Of a stretch of 64,000 nt of DNA, positions 22,567 to 34,500 are shown piece by piece (within the stretch, counting starts at the first letter, position 1; the number at the start of each line of letters is the position of its first letter). The stretch is from positions 13,332,001 through 13,396,000 of the forward strand of contig NC_087245.1 of assembly GCF_037042905.1 (NCBI RefSeq), given 5' to 3'. A model generated the notes under the pieces. That model was not told where the DNA came from. It saw only the letters and a list, made by a program, of their open reading frames with translations, and ran no database searches. The stretch is from Lytechinus pictus (lineage: Eukaryota). The translations under genes were made by a program, and so were the position numbers.

Positions 22567-25500
22567 GTAGGATTAGTTTTAGTGTTTCTTGTCATTTCAA
22601 ATTTGTTTTTGTTTCTCTTCCATTCATATTTTTCTTTCATTTTTTTTGTTGCCTCCAATTGAAGGATTTTATTTACAAAAAAGCTACAAAACAAGTTATA
22701 AAAATGATCATAGATGAAACAACAGGACATTTTCAAGATCATATCGATACAAAAACAATTACATGGTTATGCAATCATCCAATAATCTTTAATACATAAG
22801 CTTTAACATAGATTTTGGAAGACATTGAATGAAAACAAATATTCACACCTATTCAATGATTTCTCTGGGTAGACTTATCTTTATCTGTACCAAGCTTTCA
22901 TTTCTACTCTTTTTTCTATTTCTCTTAAGAATGTAAATTTCAGATTATCCCTCTTTTCTTTTCCACAGTTTCTTGAAATGATGACTTTGTGAATGCACCA
23001 AAGTGCAATAGTCAGTTCTAAGTAAAACTAAATTTTTGTCTACTTCATGTTTAAACAAAATTTTATGATTGATTTCTATTAATCGTTATGAAAACTTTTT
23101 TAATTCAAAGAATGTTTTTTTTAAATCACAAGAAATGAAATCTTGGTGAATATCTTTCTCCATTTTGCAACAAGAACATATGTTATCGTTCACTAAACCC
23201 CATTTGCGTAGGTTTCTTCTCACCTTAAGGTGATGGGTTATACAGAAGTTTAAAATTAAATTTGCGTACATGTAACTTGCTCACATGAATTTTACAGAGA
23301 TTACGTTTAAAAATAACTTCCCAATCGAAATTGGTCCCAAGCTTATTTTCCCAGTAAATACAACATGTATTGGTGTGCATGTAGTCGGGACAAAGCAGTT
23401 TATATGAAAATTTGCTAAGTACATTCACTGATATGCTTTTCTTTATCTCCAATTATCAAAAATGTTATTTGTAAATGTGGTTCTAATTGCTTTGATTGTG
23501 AAAAGGGAATTGAAGTTTTCCAAGATTTTCTTAATTTAGAGTAATCATACATACATTACATTTTACTTTTCTGGTTTTGAGTGTTAAAGCAAAGTTGCCT
23601 GTGGATAGAAAATTCCCATCTCAAATGATGTCCTCTTGAAAGGTCAAACCACTTTTATACCATGGTCCTTTAAAAAATAGAGTGTTTTTGTTGAACGTTA
23701 TATTTTCATTATACCAAAGAATTTGTTTCAGATTGTTACTTTCTATTGCATATATCTTTCTGCTAGGGGAGGCTTGACCTGATTCAACTAGGTAAAAATT
23801 TCTTTAAATAATTGTTTAATGTTGAGTTTACTGATGAAATTCTCGATTTCTAGACTAGTCTAGGCAAGAGAATAAAATAAAGTTCACAAAAATAAAGTTC
23901 ACATCAATTCAGACTTCTCTGCCAAGTAACATTGCTATAGCCTATTTTTATTGCCAAACAAATACCCTTTAAGTTTATAAAAAAAAGATTGAAATACATG
24001 TACATGTAACATTCCACAAATATCCTAAATTGTTTGGAAATCAACCTAATCTAAAATTCAATATAGATCAAGAGTAGAAATCATTCCACAAAATTCCCAT
24101 CGTAGGTCATTACTACGGTATTTGCACAGCTCAGCCTCAATCATACCGCACACACACTCATGCACAGGCTGTGACAGCAGAATAACATCATTAGGGATCT
24201 GAGCCGAACATTGCATGCAGGGAAACGGACTTTAATATGTACCCAGTTTGATTTTCATTGATTACTGTATGTTACTAATTACTTTCTGCAAACATGTCGC
24301 CAAAACTGCTGCAATTATCTTGTAGTCATAATTTAGAAGAGTAATCGGCCTCCAGTTACTTGAATATTTCATATCTCCTCTTTTGAAAATGAGAGTGATT
24401 ATACCTTTTCTGTGTGTATTTGACATTGAACCATTTTTTTAACAGATCAATGCTTTTACAAGTATTTTCTTTTCATTGTCATAACATGCTTTGTGTTTCA
24501 GATTGTTCAACAAGTGTACTGGTAGTTGCAGATAATTTGTTTCTAATAAGCAAGTATTTCAAATATTTTCATTTGAAATGACCTGTATTCAGAACTGAGT
24601 TTCATAGAGAGGAAATCTCTAGCTGCTTTTAAAACATTAAAGTTTTGTTAGACGTTCCGTCAAGTAGTTGTTGTTTTCTTACTTACATGTACATTATGCC
24701 ACTTTATAGTGAAACTGAAAGATTAATATTGAACAATATGAATATAGTCACCATGTAGCTTTTATTTTCTTTCCAGAGTTTGACACATGAGCAGTCTTCG
24801 AGAAGAGGTAGTCATTCAGATGAATCAGAGAGTGAAGATCCAGAATCTTCAAGAGAACAAATAAACTATGGTCTTGGTAAACCAATAGGTACTAGGAATA
24901 GAGAGGTTGATGAGGATGTGGCTATACATGAAGAAAGTCACACAGCTCATGATGTCCATGATGATCTCGAAGGCTCTCGGAGAGAGATGAACCAAGGGGA
25001 CATAGAAGAGGAAGATGATGAAGAAGATGAAGGGGAATATGAGGATGAGAATGATGAGGAAGATAGAATTAAAGAGACACAAAAACTTGTTGCTAAGATC
25101 GAGCATGATATCCAGGGCCTGCGATTCCAGGCAAAACAACGCGGGCATCTGCTTTCAGATCTACACAGGTACGGTGCACAAAACCAGCAGCGAAGAAAGG
25201 AACAAGAATATATGAAGCAGTCTTCTAAGGAACCAACAAGCAGCCCTCACAGGACAGCACCGCAACCAAAGCCCAGTGACGAAGGCAAGATAATTGAAAG
25301 GCCAGTGTCTATCAAACTGCGCCTTAGAACTCGGAGCACATCCCCTAAGACACAGCAGGAGCAGTATGCTTTACCCCCGGTTGTGAAGGCTAAACCAGGA
25401 AAAGTGATAAAGCGTGTTTTGAGAATAGGAAAGCAGCTTGGTCGATGGGAAGCATGGAAGGAGAGCTTAGCTGCTAAAACAGATAGTGAACTGGCAAAGA

Positions 25501-28500
25501 TCATGATGGACCAGTAAGTATACCAGTCAGTTGTATTGGCAGATTCCAGTTGCTACAGTGAATGACAGTTTGTCCATTAAGCCAAACATTAACCCCAAGC
25601 CTAACCTATATCCTAATGCTAATGATCTAATCTTTTGTTTAACTCGTTGAGTGCTGAATGCATGCTATGTAGCCTACTATAACATGCCGCACTTGTGTTC
25701 GCACGCCTACTATTGATTGCTTTGTGCTTGCATTGTTCCCCACCCTTGCCTGCTTCTTGCATGACTGCGCACATTCGGAATAACAATCATTGTTACGGTG
25801 TTTTATACTGTAATATTGCTCATCGCACACATTCTCTAATTAGCACTATTGTGTGCAGCATGAACTCAGCTTTCTGACAGATAACTTTACCCACGTGGTT
25901 TACATTAAACTTTTTCAAGTATTTCTACATTTTTGGCAAGACACAAGAAGCGTGGTATGCATCTAACACGTACGTGCATAGCGCCAACTTAATGTGTTCC
26001 GCCATCTTGCTTGTTGGTTGCCGATAAAATGCGCATTTTCAGATTTTTTTACACTCAGTCATTAGCCGTGACTGAAACATTGACCAATCAAAAACTAAGA
26101 TTCTACAAGAAATATGAATATTCATATACGAAAGTATAAACATAGATAATTCAGTTTTATGTGAAATTTAAACCCAATACTTCAAAATAGGGTAAGTTTT
26201 ATGTCTCTAAAATGACCCTTAAAACCAGAATTTTATTGTTAAAAAATAAGGATTTTTCCAAGTTGCCATGGTAACGCGGCCTGAGATAAAATATCTTAGC
26301 AAATATTTCATTTCAGTGATCGAGGATGCATTTGTTCACGGTATATGTCTACATAAGTTATAACATTTTTTTCCAGACCATGGATGAACTTTCAAAAAGA
26401 GAAATTTTAGGCAAGTTTTTACGATTTTCGGCAATTTTCTGACACAGGCACTTTGAAGACGTAATTTTTACAGAATTAGAAGAAGACATTGTGGATTTTC
26501 CTAATTATCACGACGGATATGCAACTTACTTGTAAACAAATTAAACAAAGTCTATGATACATTTTCGATAATGCGAAAAGAGACATTGAAGTCTCTGATT
26601 GAGAGCCGTAGATTGAACATTCGCACAGCGCAATGGTAACGTTTTCGCCGAATTCGTCGGGGTGAAAACTCCAAGCGAGCCGTACCACTCACCAGTCCCG
26701 AACGCTGCGCTGTATGTTTGATGATATATCTGGTGCCATTTCGTGCTTATAAATTTGTTTTTTCTACAATGCCACTATCTCATTAAAATTGTTTGTCATG
26801 ATAACATTGGAAATATTATCGTTTAATGGCCCAAAGGATCGACTGTAATAAAAGATACTTTGAAATATTGTCAGAGAGTGATTAGTTAGGTGATGTTTAT
26901 GGTCAGAATTTAGTCATGGCTTCGGGTGAACTTACTCGAACGCGGTCACTTGCTCACTGGGCGAGTCGGCCTGGCCCTTTGGTGAAAGGCCGTTGGACGT
27001 TGGGCAACGTGCAGTGCAGCTAGAGCAGAGTTGGGGAGTTAGGTAAAAATACTTTGAAATAAGTAATCTGCAAATATTTTTGTCTTATCCCTTTGGATTA
27101 GAAATTCAAATTCTCAAAGTTGAAATCCAATTTTAGACAGTGACATAACAAAGAGTGGTGCTGTTAGGGGGTGGGGGGGGGGGGTCTTGCATGCCCCCAA
27201 TTCACGAACAAGAAAAAAAAGGAAAAGGAAAGAGAATCTTGCGAAATTGTTTAATTGGATTTTTGTAACAAAAACGTCAAAATTATGCTCATGTCGCTTG
27301 TTTGCAACTATATACTTTTATAAATTTTGCCCGATATGCCATATCGTATACTGGTAACCCTCAATTTTTTTCGCTCGTTACGCCACTGATATAACAGCTA
27401 CTTTATGCTATCATTATTTGGTTGCGGGATCAAAGCATCAGCTACAGCTAAACATACTTTATGCCTGTTCAACTTCCAATACAGGTTTAGGTCTTTATTT
27501 ATGAGATGTTAAGATCTATGGGTGCCTTTATTATTTTCATTTTCAATTAAATCAATTATCATTAGTTATGTATTAATTTAGTATCCTGCATGATACATTT
27601 TATTGTGTTAAAATCATACAATTTCTGTTATATTAACCCTAACTAGGCCGGGCTTTTTTGGCTGTTCTGTGGCCGGGGGGGGGGGGGTTGATTCAACCCC
27701 CCCCCCTGAGATCTCGGCCGCTGATCGCGCGAGCGCCGCAAAAATTTGCACACTGGTAGTATGCGATGTAATCTACAAGGCTGTATGGTAAAATTTTCCA
27801 AAATAATGAGATTTTATTTTACATGAATTAATTATGCTAATTTATGCGTAAATCATACTTTTTGCTCTAATTCACTAAATAAAGCTCCTAGAATGCTAAT
27901 TTTTGGTAAAAATATTCTATGTAGCATTCTTAACAACGGCAATTGAAAAAAACTTCGGTTTGGAAATCAATTTCTTATGTATTTTATTGTTTTATGAATT
28001 TCTTATGTATTTCTTTGTTTTTCAACCTTTTGCTTTTCTTTGTTTTTTTCACCAGATTTATTGCACAACCTTTTTGAAGCATAATTATGCTAAAATCAAT
28101 TGCTTTCAGCTGTTTGAAGTAAAAATAATCATATCTTTATGAATATGATGAGAAAACTCAATTTACATTGACTTTGTACACAAAATTACGTTTTGGAACA
28201 GTTTTTGGTCCGACATGCACTTACAAAATGTTGCGTAATTTCGGAACCGCGTACCCGTGCGTCGAAAATTTGGTCTCAAAAGATGCGCGAGACTTAAAAG
28301 TATAAACTCTGCGAGTGGCGCGGTCAAAAAATTTCGCGCGGCGGAATGATCGCAGAAAATGTTGAGGGGGGGGTTGATTCAACCCCCCCCGGCCATTTTA
28401 GGGTTAAGCCCTTTTAAAAACATGCTCAATAGCAGACCCCCCCCCCCATATATAAACACAATAGAAGTGTATATAGAATTAATTGACCCCCCTAGCTCCC

Positions 28501-31500
28501 CTATTGAGGACAAAATGAAAAAAAATGCTCAAAATAATCGACCGCCCCCCTTTGACGAGGCAGCTGTCGGTGGCATGATGTCTTCATTGACTCTTTTTTT
28601 TTTTGCTTGTAAAAAAATATTGAAGAAATAGGGGCTACTCTAAGTGTCCCCTATGAAAAGCGATCTGGATCTGCAAGTGCATGGGGCTGCGCCCTCTCCA
28701 ACGTCATTGCTACCCCATATCTTTAGGATCTAGCTCTCATCTTTTTCAGCTCCCTGATTTTTTGGAAGAAAAAAAAAACGGGGCGAAAGAAAAGAGTGAA
28801 ATAAATCAAATACGATTAAATAAAAATTTGAGTTGTTTGAAAGAACTTATCAGAGAAACTAAATTAAATTCTACAACCATGAAGAATAACAGCAATCTTG
28901 ATTAATTCTGTTTGAATTTTTTTTTTTTTTTTTCAAAATCAGAACCAATCAATCTTTTTCTGATTATTCTGTCACTTTCCATATTTTGGAGAAAAAAATT
29001 AAGGTGTTCATCGACGCCCTGTACTGCATGATGAAACTATCCCCACTCGGCCCTCTTAACTCCCCCCCTCTCTCTCTCTCTCCCTCCCCCCCCCCCACCA
29101 CAAAGCCCCTTGCTCATTTCTCTTATCTCACCTTGACCTTAATTAATTAATCTTAACTATCTGGCGGTACAGTCAAACGTGACTGGTCGCCATCATAGTT
29201 TCATCCCCAACAAACACGGAACAAACAATAACAACAATACTGTTTTTCGACCCAACATCATTCCTTTCAATACGCATAAGGCCATACGTGGGCATGCACA
29301 AACAACGTGGGTTCACAAAAACAGACCCGCGTTTGGACTGAAATTGTGATTAAAATAAAAAATTTATAAATATAACAAAAATATTGGTATAATAAAGGAT
29401 ATTTGATTAACGGAAAAACATCCATCGCTAATTCATAAGAATTCTGGAAAAGATTTGAACGAGGTTTTTATCAACGGTAATCAAGAGGAAATAGTGTATG
29501 GATGAATGGCGTTCGAGCGTTAGCCGGTGAGGGCGCGGGCCAAATCTGGCAGTATGGCGTCGTCCATTAAGCTGACGTTAGCCAGCGGCGACTGCACGTA
29601 CGTGCTAAAGGTACAAAAACTTCCACATTAGAAAACAACGTTTATCCAACAGCTTCTACAAACGTCGTGAGAACCAATTTATTTGAAAATCAATTCATAA
29701 CAAAAAACAGGAAGTTTGAGTATAAGAAGAGGGTACAAAAGCCTTATACTCGGAAGCAAGCTTTTACTTGACTAAAGCAAGTTTGTGAGGTATCACTGGA
29801 TAAGAAAGAGCAGGAAATGGCAGTTCATGTAATAGCAACTGAGTATCACTATGATGCATACAAAACACTCTACAAAATGGTACTTCTTGATACAACTCAT
29901 AATTTATTGAGGAAAATAATAATCAATCTACATGATGTGGATACCATTATAAAGGTTAGGAAATTTCCTACAACTTTGCTACACAATATTTTGAGGAAAA
30001 ACTAAACGGTATAGAGTTGAAAACATGAATGATACACGCTGTATAAGCTAAAACAACAACAACATAAAGACTTGGGCTCTCAAAAGCAATGTCGCACAGG
30101 GGATTAGCATGGGATTAGCACTGTGGCATTGAGTTGGTAGTGTGTATGGCATGTTGAGAGTTAACAACTCTTTACCTACAAAGACTTAATTTCAGATATA
30201 TTAAGTAGGCCCGGGATAAATGGTGACACAGCAGTTGCTCCCGTGACAATTACTTTGGGCTTTATTTCATCTAAGATATAGGGTTATGGTTGCAATAGGG
30301 TTTTATTTTAGGTTTAGGTTTAGGATAGGGTATAGTGTTAAATCCAGGGTTGAAGTTGGTCATTCCATTAGTGTGTGCAATTCACAGCGGAGCAATCAAT
30401 GCAGGAGCAAATGCCGGGATGAATGCCCTTTTTGAAATTCGATTTTTGGCCAAAGTAAACAATCAAATAGTTTGAACAATCAGGATTCCTGGAAAAAATT
30501 ACCTATTTCATGACCAACCGGTAGTCACACATATTGAGTGAGCTGACTCTGTCGAGTGTCTCAGTACATCGCCTATGACATGCACATCAGCACAGCTAAA
30601 TGATGCATGGTCGCTGAAGCAGCCGTCATTGTCGTGTCTTAAAAGGATTACAATGTTTGAAATTCATTAATTTTAGCATGAATTTCACCTGTTATCTTGC
30701 ACTTTGTTTTTAAATATCAAAGATTGTAGCCTGTAATTGACATTTTTGTGAACATTCGATTAATGTAAAAAGTAGTATCGGTTGTCGATTGTTGGTACAC
30801 AGATCAAATTCATCACTTTTTTAAGTTTTACTCCTTGGCTTTATTTTAAGGCTGTAACAGTTGTGACAAAAACAAGTGTTGGGTCAATGATGTCCTAGTA
30901 TTTAAACAAAAATTGTATGAAATATTTTTCTTCTTGTAACCTATTTTTATAATTTCAGCATGGACAAGTCCTATTTTCAGCAATTCATGGCTCCTCCAAA
31001 ACCAGAGAAAGGCCTGAAACGGAAAAAGAAAGAGAGCCTCAAACATCAGAGGAAGACAAAAAAACCTAAGCAAGTGAAAGTCGAGAAACCTGAAGAATGG
31101 GCCGATGGTTATCTTGATGACGATGATATTGATGATATATATGATCCAGTCGAAGAGAAGGATGACTATGACTATGATCCAGCTCGCGATTCTGAAGCCT
31201 TTGGAGCCTATAAGGTAGCCTCACACATTGTCATGCAATGTAATGCAATTGATGTACCATTATGACACACAGATCACATGATATAATTGTGTAGATTCTA
31301 GGGACCTTTTCATATAACTATGGTAACTCTGTCAATGTTTCAAACTACCATGGAAACCTTGATTATGATTGGCTGCTGAGAGCCTGAGACTTGTTACCAA
31401 GATGTTACCATAGTTGTAACTCTTGATATGAAATGGAATCTAGACTAGACTAGAAATCATATTATGATTATAAAAATTGTGAATTGCGGCATCATTAGCC

Positions 31501-34500
31501 CCTTTTTTAAAAGCAAAGGGCAAAATTGTTTCAAATTGCAGAGATGAGCAGTCATCTATGATATAAAAGTAGTACATAGTGTTACCTGCAGACAAAATTT
31601 AATAATGGAAAGTAGGTTAGTTATGAACACAAACACATCAGGTGAATTATACAATAGCTTGTTTGTTTGTGCCAAACTCAGGAAAACATGTAGTCTTATT
31701 TTATTTCATGTTGGTGCATTACCTTCAAAGAAGGTGATGCTATGTCTCACGGGATACAGTTTCCAGAATATCTCCTGCAGGAACTTGGCAGGACAGCTTT
31801 TTGCTGGTATAATGCCAAGCTAGTATATAACCAATTACAGAAGACATATTCTACATCTAAGGTAATCAGGCATAGGGGCTGACCTCATAGACGACAGAAA
31901 TTACTCTCAGGTCTTTTTATCAAAGTGGTGGCAATGGCAGAGCAGGTACTCAAGCTCACAACTTTACAATAATTAATCTAATGCTCTAACCACTAGACCA
32001 CATATGTAAACCACATGGTTTTGCATTTGTTTCCTCAAACGATGCTACTTTAATTTGATTCTAAAACTTGAAAGAGTCCGGCCTGATTGTATTGACTGTT
32101 TGTTTTGCCAGGCCTTTAGATAGCGTCGTTCTCAACATCATGTGGGGGTGTTTTACAAAGGTTTAAATCTGACTAGAAGTCATGCAGAAGTACCAGCAGT
32201 CCAGCACACTCATGATATTTAAAGGTGCACACTACATGATCCAATACAACATAATACATGAACTACATGTAACCACATTTTACATTAATGTTTAAATGTG
32301 TAAGTTCCAAGAACTGCAGGCAATAAGGCCAGAGTGAAGTCCAAAGTGGGTTTGAGTCGCAGTCGATGATAACATCATTATGATTTGGAATTGAATAACT
32401 TTTATTCCAACATGGAGATTTGAAATACACTTGAAATTCAATTTCAGTATTTATACCTTTATTTTGAACTAACATTGGTAAGATTTTATTGGTTGGAATG
32501 TCCATATCAGTATTGTAGTTTCTTTGAAAATTGGATGGCAAAGGCTCGTGTAGTGTGCGCCAGGCTTTACATGCAGTCTATTTGATTGATACACCGTAAA
32601 ATACATCCCATGAGCATGATCTGACCAATAAAATGATGCGCTATTTACCACAGTTAACTGTTAAAATGAATATGAATTTTAATTTACACTTTGTAAAACA
32701 CCCCCCTCCCTGAAATGAATTTGGGACTGTGACATGCCTATAATAGTTACTCTCAAACCTGATATCACATTGTTCTCCTAGACATCAAATCCAGTGAGAA
32801 ATAAGAGGAAATCCCAGAGACCTCGGAAGTTGATGGATGTGAACTCCAGCCCTCGACAATCCAGGATGACCAAATCTACTACACGCCAGCCAAAGAGATC
32901 CCTTAAGGTCCAGAAGAATAGGGAGCAAGAAGGTGGAGAAGCACCTGTTGTACAGCTAAAGAAGAGGGGACGGAAACCGAAACCAAAACCGATTATCATC
33001 AAGACTGAAAAGAAGAAGAGAAGAGCTCCCAGGATACACACTGGTGGAAGGTGAGTAGGAAATCTTCCTATAAGTAACTAAATGCGACCCAAATGTGTAC
33101 ATGTAGCTATACTTGTGATTTATCTACATATTCAACAGCACATATCTAGAGTCTTTGTAACATAGCTTGAGATCTGTTTAGGACTTTGCAGAGATTTGAC
33201 AAAGTCCATGAGAATTCTGTAGATTCACAATATGATGTGCCATCTATTGGTTGCAGTGGGCAGGCCAATTTCTTACTTAGAAGTTGACATCACAGGCATA
33301 AAGAGTGCACAGTCATTACAGTACTAGTGTACTAGCGACTGTGTGTGTGTAATTACTATCCACTCCCCTGCAGAAGAAGAATTCACAGAAAACGGTCTTT
33401 GAGATCCATGGGGAACATAAATCATAGATTTGATATTCAAGTTAGGAAAATATATGTTTGTAATTGCTTTTGAACGAGGAGAGAGTTTGTTGTTTTTAAA
33501 GGTCAAGTCCACCCCAGAAAAATGTTGATTTGAATAAATAAAGAAAAATCAAACTAGCATAACACTGAAAATTTCATCAAAATCGGATGTAAAAAAGAAA
33601 GTTATGGCATTTTAAGGTTTCGTTTATTTTTCACAAAACATTGATATGCACAACTTGGTGACATGCAAATGAGACAGTCGATGATGTCCCCCCTCAACGA
33701 TTCGCCCAATATTTTCGCTGTGCGAAAGTTTTTGACCGCGCCGCTCGCTGACTTTTTGCTTTCAAGTCTTGCGCATCTTTTGAGACCAAATTTGCGACAA
33801 CCGGGTACGCGGTTCCGAAATTACGCAACATTTTCTAAGTGCATATCAGACCAAAAATTGCTCAAAAACGTGATTTCGTGTACAAAGTCAATGCAAATTG
33901 TGTTTTCAACCCATAATCATAATTGTATGATTATTTTTAGTTTTGCTGGTCTAAATGGATTTATTTCATGCTGGTCCAAAAGGTCCAAAAAACAAAGAAA
34001 AAGAAATTGCAAACACAATATAATAGATAAGAAATTGTTCTGATATCGCAATTTTTTTCATGTTCATTTTCTGAGAACACCACAAAGTTTCTACACCAAA
34101 ATTAGAACATTTGGAGCTTTATTTAGGGGATTAGAGGGAAAAGTATATGTATGATTTTGCATACTAATTACGCATAAATTAGCATGATTAATTGATAGGG
34201 ATTTGCATGAAATAAATTAATACAGAATTTTGTAGATAATGTTCGAGGCAAGCAGCAAGCTGCGTGCCAAGTTTAGGCGCGATCGCGGGATTGACGGCCG
34301 AGATCTCAAAAGGGGCCTGGGAGGCCCCCCCCCGTCCATATGATCTTCCAAAATACCCCGGCCTAGATAGGGTCAAATGTCTGTTATTGTGTTCGTCTTT
34401 GATCACAACCTCTTTGATGTACCTGTCTGTCATTGAAGTTGTTCCTCTCTTTTTTTCCTCTTCCCCTCTGGTTTTTCAAATCTACCTGTTCTGAATTTCT

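Noticed and set aside
25636..30165. A single large element with degenerate TIRs spanning ZNF intron 2
   Set aside because: Only short inverted matches were found (such as cacgtacgtgca at ~25967 and ~29593); termini and TSD could not be defined by eye.
30275..30350. Interstitial telomeric repeat
   Set aside because: Degenerate tagggtt-like units within a short interspersed element; no run of perfect TTAGGG.
33663..34494. ORFs of 126, 81 and 76 aa as ZNF exons
   Set aside because: They lie within MITE sequence and are not needed for the phase-consistent gene model.
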